Shown one piece after another: positions 37,973 to 48,063 of a stretch of DNA of 64,000 nt (position 1 is its first letter; each line of letters begins with the position of its first letter). The stretch comes from Akkermansiaceae bacterium. GTDB taxonomy: Bacteria; Verrucomicrobiota; Verrucomicrobiia; Verrucomicrobiales; Akkermansiaceae. The notes under the pieces were generated by a model. The model was not told the DNA's origin. It made no database searches and saw nothing but the letters and a program-made list of their open reading frames with translations. The DNA lies in NCBI GenBank assembly GCA_903919975.1, contig CAIXKE010000010.1:28114-92113 (forward strand), written 5' to 3'. A program made the translations under genes and the position numbers.

Positions 37973-40150
37973 TCAGTCCTCCGCTTGCTCTAGCAGGAGT
38001 TTGAGGATTTTTCTGGCAGAGTCCGGGATGACGGTGCCGGGGCCGAAGATGGCGGCGGCTCCGTTTTGATAGAGGTAATCGTAGTCTTGGGCGGGGATGA
38101 CGCCACCGCAGACGACCATGATGTCTTCGCGGCCGAGTTTTTTGAGTTCGGCGATGAGTGTGGGGAGCAAGGTTTTGTGGCCGGCGGCGAGGGAACTCAT
38201 GGCGACGACGTGAACGTCGTTTTCGACCGCTTGTTTGGCGGTTTCCGCAGGGGTTTGGAAGAGTGGGCCGATATCGACGTCGAAGCCCATGTCGGCGTAG
38301 GCGGTGGAGACGACCTTGGCACCGCGGTCGTGGCCATCCTGGCCCATTTTGGCGACCATGATGCGTGGGCGGCGGCCTTCGGCGGCTTCGAATTGTTTGA
38401 TGAGATCGGGGATGTCTTTCATGTCGCCCTGGTGGTTGAATTCTTTGCCATAGACGCCGGAGATCGAGCGAATGACGGCGGTGTAGCGGCCGAAATGGAC
38501 TTCCATGGCGTCGGAGATTTCACCGAGTGAGGCGCGGGCTTGGGCGCACGCGATGGCGAGGGCGAGCAGATTGCCTTCGCCGCCGCCGGCGCAATCGGTG
38601 AGGGCTTTGAGGGCGGCTTGGCAGGCGGCCTCGTCGCGCTCGGCGCGGAGTTTTTTGAGGCGCTCGATTTGCGAGAGTCTAACCGCAGTGTTGTCCACAT
38701 CGAGGATGTCGATGGGGTCTTCTTTGGCCAGGCGGTATTTGTTGACGCCGACGATCGTTTCTTCGCCGGAGTCGATGCGTGCTTGACGGCGGGCGGAGGC
38801 TTCCTCGATGCGCATTTTCGGGATACCGGCTTCGACGGCCTTGGACATGCCGCCGTATTCCGCGGCTTCCATGATGTGGGCCCAGGCGCGGTGGATGAGT
38901 TCGTGGGTGAGGGATTCGAGGTAATACGAGCCGCCCCAGGGATCGATGACGCGGCAGATTGAGGTTTCGTCTTGGAGGAAGATCTGCGTGTTGCGGGCGA
39001 TGCGGGCCGAGAAATCAGTGGGCAGGGCTATTGCTTCATCGAGCGCGTTGGTGTGCAGCGATTGCGTGTGGCCGAGGGTGGCAGCCATGGCTTCGATGCA
39101 GGTGCGGGCGATGTTGTTGTAGGGGTCTTGTTCTGTTAGCGACCAACCGGACGTTTGCGAGTGGGTGCGGAGGGCGAGCGACTTCGGGTTCTTCGGGTTG
39201 AAGGTTTTGACGATTTTGGCCCAAAGCACGCGGGCGGCGCGCATTTTTGCGACTTCCATGAAGTGGTTTTTCCCTTGTGCCCAGAAGAACGAGAGACGGG
39301 GTGCGAAGGCGTCGATATCGATGCCTGCGGCGATGCCGGTGCGGAGGTATTCCCAGCCATCGGCGAGGGTGTATGCCATTTCGAGGTCGGCGGTGGCACC
39401 GGCCTCCTGCATGTGATAGCCGGAGATGGAAATTGAGTTAAACTTCGGCATCTTCTGCGAGGTGAACTCGAAGATGTCGGCGATGATTTTCATCGATGGC
39501 TCGGGCGGATAGATATACGTGTTCCGCACCATGTATTCCTTGAGGATGTCATTTTGAATGGTGCCGGCGAGTTGGTCGAGGGTTGCTCCTTGTTCGAGGG
39601 CGGTGACGATATAGAAGGCGAGGATGGGAAGCACCGCGCCGTTCATGGTCATGGAAACGGAGACCTTATCGAGCGGGATGCTATCGAAGAGGATCTTCAT
39701 ATCGAGGATCGAGTCGATGGCGACACCGGCTTTTCCGACATCTCCGACGACGCGTTCGTGGTCCGAGTCATAGCCGCGGTGGGTGGCGAGGTCGAAGGCG
39801 ACGGAGAGGCCTTTTTGGCCTGCGGCGAGGTTGCGGCGGTAGAATGCGTTGGATTCTTCGGCGGTGGAAAATCCGGCGTATTGGCGGATGGTCCAGGGTT
39901 GGAAGCAATACATCGTGGCGTAGGGGCCACGGAGGAAGGGGGCGATGCCGGCCTGGTATTTCAGGTGCTCCATGCCTGCAATGTCGTCTTCGGTGTAGAG
40001 CGGTTTGACCGGGATTTTTTCCATGGTGTCCCAGACGATTTCGCCGACGGGTTTGCCATGTTCTTTTTCGAGGGCAGCGCACCAATCGGTGAATCCGGTG
40101 TTGGATGTGGTGGTGGCGAAGGGGATTTCGGCGAAGGCTGGACGGGACAT
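37973..40150 (-). CDS. mutB: Methylmalonyl-CoA mutase large (alpha, catalytic, B12-binding) subunit
   Basis: 725 aa. [25 protein letters not shown], the [10 protein letters not shown] family signature, and the C-terminal B12 domain [10 protein letters not shown]. Confidence 0.95.
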   Translation of the reverse strand: MSRPAFAEIPFATTTSNTGFTDWCAALEKEHGKPVGEIVWDTMEKIPVKPLYTEDDIAGMEHLKYQAGIAPFLRGPYATMYCFQPWTIRQYAGFSTAEESNAFYRRNLAAGQKGLSVAFDLATHRGYDSDHERVVGDVGKAGVAIDSILDMKILFDSIPLDKVSVSMTMNGAVLPILAFYIVTALEQGATLDQLAGTIQNDILKEYMVRNTYIYPPEPSMKIIADIFEFTSQKMPKFNSISISGYHMQEAGATADLEMAYTLADGWEYLRTGIAAGIDIDAFAPRLSFFWAQGKNHFMEVAKMRAARVLWAKIVKTFNPKNPKSLALRTHSQTSGWSLTEQDPYNNIARTCIEAMAATLGHTQSLHTNALDEAIALPTDFSARIARNTQIFLQDETSICRVIDPWGGSYYLESLTHELIHRAWAHIMEAAEYGGMSKAVEAGIPKMRIEEASARRQARIDSGEETIVGVNKYRLAKEDPIDILDVDNTAVRLSQIERLKKLRAERDEAACQAALKALTDCAGGGEGNLLALAIACAQARASLGEISDAMEVHFGRYTAVIRSISGVYGKEFNHQGDMKDIPDLIKQFEAAEGRRPRIMVAKMGQDGHDRGAKVVSTAYADMGFDVDIGPLFQTPAETAKQAVENDVHVVAMSSLAAGHKTLLPTLIAELKKLGREDIMVVCGGVIPAQDYDYLYQNGAAAIFGPGTVIPDSARKILKLLLEQAED

Positions 40151-40321
40151 GGTGGGAAGGGGTCGGAAAGTCAGAAGGTCAAAAGTCGAAGGTCTGAAGA
40201 TTAGAGGCTTCTTTTTTGAGTAGTTATTGGTTCATGAAAGAATTTAACCACTGATTGCACTGATTTACTGATTGGGTTTCTGGTTTAAAATCTTCTTCTG
40301 TGAAATCTGTGTAATCTGTGG
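40151..40321 (-). repeat. 171-nt mutA-mutB intercistronic spacer composed of three blocks of degenerate 7-9-nt tandem repeats
   Basis: Plus-strand blocks: GGTCGGAAAGTCAGAAGGTCAAAAGTCGAAGGTCTGAAG (40161-40198), CACTGATTGCACTGATTTACTGATT (40249-40272) and CTGTGAAATCTGTGTAATCTGTGGTT (40298-40323). Confidence 0.85.
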
Positions 40322-42367
40322 TTAAATGACACCCGCAATTTTAAGCAATTGCTCATTCAACTCGTAGTTGTTGCTGCGGACGTTGACGAATTCATCGACG
40401 CCGGCGGCGCGCCAGGCGGCTTCGTTTTCTCCGGGCGCGCCGGCGACTAACAGGGTGATGCTTGGTTTCGCGGCTTTCGCGGCGGTGGCGAGGGGTTCGA
40501 CGGTGGTGAGGTAGGTGGCATCGTCGGAGGTGATAACGGCGATTTCCGCCTTACTGTCGGTTAGGGCTTTGATGGCTTCCTCAATGGTTGGAAAGTCGCG
40601 TGCGCCATCGATGACGAAACCGGCGGCTTCGAAGAATGAAGCGGTCCAGTCGGCGCGGAGGCGGTAGCGGCCGGAGGGGCCGATGTTGAGTTGGAGGATT
40701 CCTGGAGCGGAACCGGTCTTATTCGTGAAGGTTGCGGATGCGTCGTGCAGGGTTTCGTATTCCTCGGCGGCGCGGTGTGGCGGCAAGGCGGTGACGGTGG
40801 GTGCGCCATCGGAGTTGGTGAGTCCGGTGGCGATGGCGAGCGAGAATTTCGACGCTCCGGCTTTGGCTGCGGCGATGGCTTCGATGACCATGGCGGCGGT
40901 GGCGGACTGAGTGCCGGCAGCGGGTTGAGCGATTGGGTAGGCGGCTGCGGCGACCTCGGCAGCTTTGCATTCCGGGGCGTGGATGGCGAGTTTTTTGCCC
41001 TTGAGATCGGGATACATGTTGGACCCAACGATCTTGTCTTTGCGGATGCGGATGTTTTTGAACTTGGCCTTGCAGACGTCTTGCACGGCTTGTTGGACTG
41101 AGCCGCTTTCGAGGGCGGCGATCATACCGCCTTGTTTTTCGATGTCTTGGAATATGGACCAGCTTTTCCCGGCGATTTGAGCGGTGAGCCACTCGATGTA
41201 GGTTGAGCCGCCGGCGGGGTCGATGACGTGATCGAGTCCACATTCTTCGCGGAGGATGGTGTGGAGGTTGCGGGCGATGCGGCGTGAGAATTCATCAGTG
41301 TGGCCGGCGATTTCATCGTAGGGGCCGATGTGGAGGCTATCGACGCCGCCGACGACGGCGGCGAAGGCTTCGGCGGTGACGCGCAACATGTTGGTATGGG
41401 CGTCGTAGGTGGTTTTATTCCACTTTGAGGTGCTGGCGTGGATGTGGATGGGGGCGTTTTGCACGCCGTAAGCTGCGGCGACCTTGCTCCAGAGCATGCG
41501 GGCGGCGCGGATTTTTGAGATTTCCATGAAATAGTCCGAACCGATCGCGAGGCGGATGCGGATGTGGGGCAGGACGGTTTCCGCAGAGATGCCGCGGGAT
41601 TTCATTTCCTCGAGGTAACACACGAGAGTGGAGATGATATACGCCAGTTCTTGGGTGGCGGTGGCCCCGGCGTTGTGATAGACATCGCCTTGGATCGAGA
41701 TGGTGCGGAGCTGTGGGGCGTTTTTGGCCGCGTAGTCGGTGAGTGCGGCCATGTGGTCGAAGCGCAGGGCGAGCGACTGGCGGAGTTTGCCCTTGGCGAC
41801 GAGTTCTGCGAGTGGGTCGTTATCGATGCCGCCACGGAGTTTGGAGGCGGGTATGCCGGCTTGTTCGGCGGCGGCGATGAAGAGCGCGGTGACCGGGACG
41901 CTGGCGGGACCGGTTTGGAGATAGGTTGAAATGGAGTCCAGAGCGACTTTGGAGAGGGCGGTGGTGAAGTCAGCGGCGGTGGTGATTTTTGCGCCGCCGG
42001 TGCAGCATTCATCGGCACCGCAGCCGACGGGGATGTTGAGTTCGGATTGGCCGCCGTTGAGTCCTTCGTGGATGAGAGAGTTGAGTGATTCCGGGGATGT
42101 CGCTCTGAGTTCTTGAGAGACTTCCCAGCCGGCTGTTAGAAATCCTGCGGCGTGGCTGCCGCGGACGAGGGATCCTGAGCCAGGGAAGTGTTTGCGTTGC
42201 TCGAGATCTGCGATGTCTTCGCGGCGGTAGATCGGCTGAATTGTGATATCCTCGTAGGTTTGGCTGACGAGGCGTTTTTCAAATGGCGCGCCTTTGAGGA
42301 GGGCCTCGGCGGCGGCGTGCCATTGTTCGTAGGTGTGCTCCGGGAATTCGGATAGAAGAAGGGACAT
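40322..42367 (-). CDS. mutA: Methylmalonyl-CoA mutase small (beta) subunit
   Basis: 681 aa, MCM-fold homolog directly upstream of the alpha subunit, with the beta-type N-terminus W......LKGAPFEKRLV..TYE.I.IQPIY. Confidence 0.85.
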   Translation of the reverse strand: MSLLLSEFPEHTYEQWHAAAEALLKGAPFEKRLVSQTYEDITIQPIYRREDIADLEQRKHFPGSGSLVRGSHAAGFLTAGWEVSQELRATSPESLNSLIHEGLNGGQSELNIPVGCGADECCTGGAKITTAADFTTALSKVALDSISTYLQTGPASVPVTALFIAAAEQAGIPASKLRGGIDNDPLAELVAKGKLRQSLALRFDHMAALTDYAAKNAPQLRTISIQGDVYHNAGATATQELAYIISTLVCYLEEMKSRGISAETVLPHIRIRLAIGSDYFMEISKIRAARMLWSKVAAAYGVQNAPIHIHASTSKWNKTTYDAHTNMLRVTAEAFAAVVGGVDSLHIGPYDEIAGHTDEFSRRIARNLHTILREECGLDHVIDPAGGSTYIEWLTAQIAGKSWSIFQDIEKQGGMIAALESGSVQQAVQDVCKAKFKNIRIRKDKIVGSNMYPDLKGKKLAIHAPECKAAEVAAAAYPIAQPAAGTQSATAAMVIEAIAAAKAGASKFSLAIATGLTNSDGAPTVTALPPHRAAEEYETLHDASATFTNKTGSAPGILQLNIGPSGRYRLRADWTASFFEAAGFVIDGARDFPTIEEAIKALTDSKAEIAVITSDDATYLTTVEPLATAAKAAKPSITLLVAGAPGENEAAWRAAGVDEFVNVRSNNYELNEQLLKIAGVI

Positions 42368-42376
42368 TTGATAGGT

Positions 42377-42389
42377 GAAATTTGAGATT
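42377..42389 (-). repeat. Copy 3 of intercistronic core motif (sense AATCTCAAATTTC) in the CoA-transferase-mutA spacer
   Basis: Plus-strand GAAATTTGAGATT. A hairpin, GTTGGC-GAGAT-GCCAAC, follows at 42402-42418. Confidence 0.9.
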
Positions 42390-42427
42390 TGGAAATCAGT
42401 GGTTGGCGAGATGCCAACGCTCCTTGA

Positions 42428-43915
42428 TTAGAACTTTGTGTTCCGCATGTCGCCGGATTCGAGGAAGGCTTCGTGGAAAGCGAAGGCGGAGCGGAACGAT
42501 TGCGGAGTGTGGCCGTTTTCGGTGAGTTGGAAGTATTTCCAGAGGAGATCCCGGTAGGATGGATCGACACAATTTTTGATGACCAATGCGGCGCGTTCGC
42601 GGGGGTCCTTCCCTCGGAAGTCGGCGACGCCGTGTTCGGTGACGAGGACTTGGACTGAGTGTTCGCTGTGGTCCATGTGCGAGCACATCGGGACGATGGC
42701 CGAGATGTTGCCATCCTTGGCGGTGGATGGGCAGGTGAAGATCGAGATGTAGGCGTTGCGGGTGAAATCTCCGGAGCCACCGATGCCGTTCATCATTTTT
42801 TGGCCGAGCACGTGGGTGGAGTTGATGTTACCGAAGATATCAGCTTCGAGCGCGGTATTGATCGAGATGATGCCGATGCGGCGGACGATTTCCGGGTTGT
42901 TGGCAATTTCCTGTGGGCGGAGGAGCAGACGACCGCGGAAGGCGTCCAGATTGTCATAGATGCTTTGCAGGACGGGATCGGTGACGGTGAGGGAAACGCC
43001 ACTGACGAAGGAGCAGCGGTCTTGTTTGACGAGGTCGATGACGGAGTCCTGGATGACTTCCGAATACATCTGGAAGGTCGGGATTTCCGGGTGGTCGCCC
43101 ATGGCGCCGAGCACAGCGTTGGCGACGTTTCCGACTCCGGATTGGATTGGCAGGAAACCTTTCGGAATGTGGCCGTTGCGGATTTCGGCGGCGAGGAATT
43201 CGGCGACGTTGAGGCCGATCTTGGTGGTGACATCGGTGACCGGGGAGAAGTCTTTGACTTCGTCGTTGCGGTTCGAGTGGACGATGCCGACGATTTTTTT
43301 GGGATCGACCCAGACGCGTTGGGTGCCGATTCGGTCATCGGCGGCGCAGATCGGGATCGGGCGGCGGTGGGGTGGTGATGCGGGTTCGTAGATATCGTGG
43401 AAGCCTAACAACTGCTTTGGATGGCGGTTGTTCACTTCGATGAGGATTTTTTTCGCTTGGGTGAGGAAAGTGGGGGTGGCACCGACGCTGGTGGTGAGGA
43501 GAATTTTTCCATCTGCGGAGACATCTGCGGCTTCGACGATGGCCCAATCGAGTTCCCCGAGGAATCCGTAGCGGACATATTGGGGGAGCAGGGAAAGGTG
43601 CATGTCGAAGAAATGCGTTTTCCCGGCGTTGATGCTGGCGCGGAGGTCCTTATCCGACTGATAGGGGGTGCGGAACTTGATGGAATCCGCTTTCGCGAGC
43701 GCGCCATCGAGTGAAGGGCCGGTGGAGGCGCCGGTGATGACACCCACTTTAAAATCCCGACCTGCGGTGTGTTCGGCGATGGCTTTTTCAGCGATGGCGG
43801 TGGGGATTACCTTGGCGGCACCGGCGGGGGTGAAGCCGCTGAAGCCGATATTTTCGTCATGATTGATGAAGGCGGCGGCTTCTTCCGGGGTGAGGACGGG
43901 ATATGGACTGTTCAT
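42428..43915 (-). CDS. Acetyl-CoA hydrolase/transferase-family succinyl-CoA:propionate (acetate) CoA-transferase
   Basis: N-terminus EEAAAFI.HDENIGFSGFTPAGAAKVIP, ITGASTGPSLDG, and FRTPYQSD..LR..IN.G...F.DMHLS, as in ScpC/AarC-type CoA transferases. Start set at ATG 43915. Confidence 0.8.
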   Translation of the reverse strand: MNSPYPVLTPEEAAAFINHDENIGFSGFTPAGAAKVIPTAIAEKAIAEHTAGRDFKVGVITGASTGPSLDGALAKADSIKFRTPYQSDKDLRASINAGKTHFFDMHLSLLPQYVRYGFLGELDWAIVEAADVSADGKILLTTSVGATPTFLTQAKKILIEVNNRHPKQLLGFHDIYEPASPPHRRPIPICAADDRIGTQRVWVDPKKIVGIVHSNRNDEVKDFSPVTDVTTKIGLNVAEFLAAEIRNGHIPKGFLPIQSGVGNVANAVLGAMGDHPEIPTFQMYSEVIQDSVIDLVKQDRCSFVSGVSLTVTDPVLQSIYDNLDAFRGRLLLRPQEIANNPEIVRRIGIISINTALEADIFGNINSTHVLGQKMMNGIGGSGDFTRNAYISIFTCPSTAKDGNISAIVPMCSHMDHSEHSVQVLVTEHGVADFRGKDPRERAALVIKNCVDPSYRDLLWKYFQLTENGHTPQSFRSAFAFHEAFLESGDMRNTKF

Positions 43916-43943
43916 GATTGGAAATTGGATGCCGGGTGGGCCT

Positions 43944-45089
43944 TCACTTGAGCATGGAGATGAAGTAACCGGCGGCAAGTGCGCTGCCGATCACTCCTGC
44001 TACGTTAGGCCCCATGGCGTGCATGAGCAAGTAGTTGGTGGGATCATACTTCTGGCCGACATCCTGCGAGACTCGTGCGGCCATTGGCACGGCGGAGACG
44101 CCGGCGGATCCGATGAGCGGGTTGATCTTATTCTCGCTAAAGACGTTCATGAGTTTGGCCATGAGTACGCCGCTGGCGGTGGCGACACCGAAGGCGACCA
44201 CTCCTAGAACGAGGATACCAAGCGTTTGTGGATTAAGGAACAGGTGCTTTGATCCTTCACCCATGCCCATTTTGAGGCCGACGCAGATGCCGAGGAAGAT
44301 GGTGACAATGTTGATGATTTCGTTTTGAGCGGCTTTGACGAGGCGTTCTGTGACTTTGCATTCGCGGAGCAGATTGCCGACGAAAAGCATGGAAAGGAGA
44401 GGTGCTGCGTCGCGGACGATGATGCAGCAGAATGACATGACTACGGCAGCAAAGATGAGTTTTTCCAATTGGCTGACTTTGCGCAGAGTTTTCATTTTGA
44501 TTCTGCGTTCTGCATGGGTGGTGAACAATTTCATGATGGGCGGCTGGATCAGTGGAACCAGTGCCATATAACTGTAAGCCGCCACCGCGATCGGTCCGAG
44601 CAGGTCCGGGGCGAGTTTCGAGGCCGTGAAGATCGAGGTGGGGCCGTCCGCACCGCCGATGACACCGATAGCACCTGACTCTGCGAGGCTAAATCCGAAT
44701 AGGGGAGCGACTAGAAATGTGGCGAAGATGCCGAATTGGGCGGCGCCGCCGAGCAAGAGCGTTCGCGGGTTGGCGATTAAGGGCCCGAAGTCCACAAGCG
44801 CTCCGACACCGAGGAAGATGAGTGGGGGATAGATCTGCAGTTTAATTCCTTGGTTGAGGTAATAGAACAAACCGCCGGGTTCATCACCGACGGGATGCTG
44901 CATGATGAAATCATGAATCGGCAGATTTGAAATGAGGGCTCCCAGCGAAATTGGCACGAGCAGGAGCGGTTCGAAGCCTTTGACGATTGCCAGATAGAGC
45001 AGGACCGCGACGACGATCCACATCACCATCATCTGCCATTGCAGATAGGGGAAGCCTGTCGTCATCCAAAGTTCGTAGAGTTTGTTCAT
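43944..45089 (-). CDS. mmdB: Na+-translocating decarboxylase beta subunit (OadB/MmdB family)
   Basis: 381 aa polytopic. [30 protein letters not shown] and [14 protein letters not shown] are family motifs. Confidence 0.85.
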   Translation of the reverse strand: MNKLYELWMTTGFPYLQWQMMVMWIVVAVLLYLAIVKGFEPLLLVPISLGALISNLPIHDFIMQHPVGDEPGGLFYYLNQGIKLQIYPPLIFLGVGALVDFGPLIANPRTLLLGGAAQFGIFATFLVAPLFGFSLAESGAIGVIGGADGPTSIFTASKLAPDLLGPIAVAAYSYMALVPLIQPPIMKLFTTHAERRIKMKTLRKVSQLEKLIFAAVVMSFCCIIVRDAAPLLSMLFVGNLLRECKVTERLVKAAQNEIINIVTIFLGICVGLKMGMGEGSKHLFLNPQTLGILVLGVVAFGVATASGVLMAKLMNVFSENKINPLIGSAGVSAVPMAARVSQDVGQKYDPTNYLLMHAMGPNVAGVIGSALAAGYFISMLK

Positions 45090-45109
45090 TATTTCGTGGG
45101 AAAATCCGG

Positions 45110-45481
45110 TTAGCCGATGGTGTAGAGAATTTGGCCTTCTTCGACGGCGTCGCCGACTTTGACGTGGATGGCGGTGATGGTGCCGCTCATGGGGGCGTTG
45201 ATGGGCGTATACATTTTCATCGCTTCAAGGGTGATGACGAGGTCACCTTCGGTGACGATGCTGCCGACGGCGGCGTCGATGGCTTGGACGATGCCGGCGA
45301 GTGGGCTCGGGGCGTCGCCTGAGCCTGCGGCGACGGGTTTAGGGGCTGGAGCAGGGGCCGGGGCGGCGGCTGGGGCGGCGGATCTGACGGCAACTGGTGC
45401 GGTTGCGGATGAGTTCGAGTCGATGGTTTCGACGATGACGTCGTATGCTTTTCCTTCGACGGTGATGCGGAGATGTTCCAT
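45110..45481 (-). CDS. mmdC: Biotin carboxyl carrier subunit (MmdC-like)
   Basis: Biotinyl domain with EAMKM, an Ala/Pro linker, and the G.V..I.V..GD.V..G..L pattern. Confidence 0.85.
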   Translation of the reverse strand: MEHLRITVEGKAYDVIVETIDSNSSATAPVAVRSAAPAAAPAPAPAPKPVAAGSGDAPSPLAGIVQAIDAAVGSIVTEGDLVITLEAMKMYTPINAPMSGTITAIHVKVGDAVEEGQILYTIG

Positions 45482-45494
45482 GGCGATGATGTGG

Positions 45495-45875
45495 TTAACG
45501 GAGGCGGTGTGAGGTGAGGACGGATTGGCGGCCAGCTTTTTCCCAGCTGGTGCTCATAGGTTTGATGGAGATAATGCGGTGGGATTTGCCGGTGACGGTG
45601 GTGACGGCTGCGGCGATAACGGCGATAATTTCTATCGGGATTCCGGTGTGAGCGTCAGGAGTGGCGGTAGACGCTTCAGCGGGCTTGGCGACGGGAGACG
45701 CGATGGCTTTTGGTTCCGGCGCGAAGATTTGGATTAACTTCGCGGTGAGAGCGCAGACGCCCCAGAGGATGGTCAGGGTGATCATGACCATGAGCATGCC
45801 CGCAAGGTGGGGCACGGCATCCATGATCGAAGTGTGTGTTTTCTCTGCGGCAGCGAGAATCGGTGAAAAATGCAT
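45495..45875 (-). CDS. mmdD: OadG/MmdD-like small membrane subunit of the decarboxylase
   Basis: Single N-terminal TM helix (GMLMVMITLTILWGVCAL), an Ala/Pro-rich linker and an IIAVIAAAV segment. Position is between the carboxyltransferase and the biotin carrier. Confidence 0.55.
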   Translation of the reverse strand: MHFSPILAAAEKTHTSIMDAVPHLAGMLMVMITLTILWGVCALTAKLIQIFAPEPKAIASPVAKPAEASTATPDAHTGIPIEIIAVIAAAVTTVTGKSHRIISIKPMSTSWEKAGRQSVLTSHRLR

Positions 45876-45881
45876 ATTGTG

Positions 45882-47435
45882 TTAGAGTGGGATGTTACCG
45901 TGTTTCTTGGGTGGTCGGGATTCGCTTTTGCCCATGATGCCGCGGAAGGCGAGTGCGAGTGTGCTGCGTGAAGCTGCGGGGTTGATCACATCGGTGATCA
46001 TGCCGTTGGATGCTGCTTGATAGGGAGACGCAAATTTTTCCGAGTAGGCCTTGCGGAGTTCTTGTTCGAGGACGGCGGGGTCTTCGGCTTCTTCGAGTTC
46101 TTTTTTGTAGAGGACTTTCATGGCGCCTTGGGCACCCATGACGGCGATTTCCGCGGTGGGCCAGGCGAAAACGAAGTCCGCGCCGAGGTCGCTGGGGCAC
46201 ATGGCGAGATAGGCACCGCCATAGGCTTTGCGGCAGATGAGGGTGATTTTTGGCACGGTGCCGGACGCCCATGCAAAGAGCATTTTCGCGCCGTGGCGGA
46301 TGATGCCGCCGCGTTCCTGAGCGAGGCCGGGCATGAAGCCGGGAACATCGACAAGCGAGAGGATCGGGATCGAGTAGATGTTACAAACGCGGATGAAGCG
46401 GGCAGCTTTGTCCGATGCGTCGATATCGATGCACCCGGCCTTGACCATCGGTTGGTTGGCGATGATGCCGATGACGAGACCTTCGAGTTTGGCGAAGCCG
46501 GTGAGCATGTTCTGCGCGTAGTCCGGTTGGATTTCGAACCAAGAGCCGGGGTCCATGAGTCGGTCGATGACCTTCTGCATGTCGAGCGGCGACTTGGGAT
46601 CGGCCGGAATGATTTCGTTCATTCCGAGATCTTCGGTGAGCGGAATGTTGTCGTTCATCTTGTGCGGTGGATCGCCAAGATTGTTGGACGGCAGGTAGTC
46701 GAGGAGTTTCTTGGCAAGGTCCATCGCGTGTTGGTCGTCCTCGGCGATGAGGTGGATGTTGCCTGAGATTTGAGCGTGGGCGTCGGCGGAGGCGAATTGG
46801 TCGAGCGAGGCGGATTGGCCGGTGGCGGCGCGGATGACGTCCGGGCCGCAGATGAACATATTCGAGTTCTTCCGCGTCATGATGATGAAATCGGTGAGGG
46901 CGGGCGAGTAGGCGGCACCGCCTGCGCAGGGTCCGGCGATGATGGAGATTTGAGGGATGACGCCGGAGGCGAGCACGTTGCGGAAGAAGATCTGGCCGTA
47001 GCCTGAGAGTGCCTCGATACCTTCTTGGATGCGGGCTCCGCCGGAATCGTTGATGCCGACGACGGGCATGCCTGCCTTGATCGCAAAGTCTAACAGATCA
47101 CAGATTTTCTTGGCGTGGATGGCGCCGACGGCACCACCGCCGACGGTGAAGTCTTGGGCGAAAGCGGCGACCGGGCGGCCATCGACGTAGCCAGTGGCGC
47201 AAACGACGCCATCGCCGGGCATCTTGCGTTTTTCGAGGCCGAAGTTGATGCATGAGTGATGGGCGTGCATGCCGAACTCGATGAAGTTTCCGCCGTCGAA
47301 GAATGCCGTGAGTCGTTCACGGGCGGAGAGCAGGCCTTTTTCGTGGCGTTTTTCGATGCGGTCGATGCCGCCTCCGATGAGGGCTTCCTCGCGGCGGAGC
47401 TTGAGAGCCTCCAGTAGTGATGGGTCGATGGCCAT
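45882..47435 (-). CDS. mmdA: Methylmalonyl-CoA decarboxylase alpha subunit / acyl-CoA carboxyltransferase
   Basis: 517 aa carboxyltransferase fold. G.VDGRPV..FAQDFTV.GG, INDSGGARIQEG and RKAYGGAY. Confidence 0.9.
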   Translation of the reverse strand: MAIDPSLLEALKLRREEALIGGGIDRIEKRHEKGLLSARERLTAFFDGGNFIEFGMHAHHSCINFGLEKRKMPGDGVVCATGYVDGRPVAAFAQDFTVGGGAVGAIHAKKICDLLDFAIKAGMPVVGINDSGGARIQEGIEALSGYGQIFFRNVLASGVIPQISIIAGPCAGGAAYSPALTDFIIMTRKNSNMFICGPDVIRAATGQSASLDQFASADAHAQISGNIHLIAEDDQHAMDLAKKLLDYLPSNNLGDPPHKMNDNIPLTEDLGMNEIIPADPKSPLDMQKVIDRLMDPGSWFEIQPDYAQNMLTGFAKLEGLVIGIIANQPMVKAGCIDIDASDKAARFIRVCNIYSIPILSLVDVPGFMPGLAQERGGIIRHGAKMLFAWASGTVPKITLICRKAYGGAYLAMCPSDLGADFVFAWPTAEIAVMGAQGAMKVLYKKELEEAEDPAVLEQELRKAYSEKFASPYQAASNGMITDVINPAASRSTLALAFRGIMGKSESRPPKKHGNIPL

Positions 47436-47474
47436 AGTGTGATGTTCGGTTTAAGTGGGGAGTGGTGGGCGGGA

Positions 47475-47882
47475 TCAGTGGGCGGGTTGGCAGAACTCGG
47501 TGAGCACGCCGAAGGTGGATTTCGGGTGGAGGAAGGCGACGAGTTTGTCGCCGGCGCCTTCGAAGGGGACTTCATGGATAAGGCGGGCCCCCTTGTCTTT
47601 GGCTTGGGCGAGTTGACCAGTGATATCGTCGGTGGCGAAGGCGATGTGGTGGATGCCGCCGGAGGGGTTTTTTTCTAGAAACTTGGCGATCGGGCTGTCG
47701 GGGGAGGTGGGTTCGAGCAATTCGATGTGGACGTCACCTGCGGCGAAAAAAGCGGTGCGGACTTTTTGGGATTCGACTTCCTCACGGCCTTCGCAGGTGA
47801 GTCCGAGAATATTTTCGTAGTAGGGGATGGATTCTTCGAGGGAGTTGACGGCGATTCCCAAGTGGTCGATTTTCGTAATCAT
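47475..47882 (-). CDS. mce: Methylmalonyl-CoA epimerase (VOC/glyoxalase fold)
   Basis: MITKIDHLGIAVNSLEESIPYYENILGL and GGIHHIAF match the epimerase pattern. First gene of the propionate operon. Confidence 0.85.
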   Translation of the reverse strand: MITKIDHLGIAVNSLEESIPYYENILGLTCEGREEVESQKVRTAFFAAGDVHIELLEPTSPDSPIAKFLEKNPSGGIHHIAFATDDITGQLAQAKDKGARLIHEVPFEGAGDKLVAFLHPKSTFGVLTEFCQPAH

Positions 47883-48063
47883 TGTGAAGGGGTATGAGGC
47901 GTGTTTGAAGTGAGTATTGCAGGTAATGAGGGGCTGGCACCGCAGGAAGTTGCTAAGGCTACGCGTATTTTACCTGCTTATTTAAAGTAAGCGTATTTAG
48001 CATTCGCACGAGGTCTGTGAGAAGTCCAGACCATAGCATGATGTGCTTAATCATTCTGGGGCT

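Noticed and set aside
37038-42427. Cobalamin riboswitch associated with the B12-dependent mutase genes
   Set aside because: The 935-nt gap lies downstream of the mutase genes, not upstream. I saw no B12-box-like sequence there or in the operon spacers.
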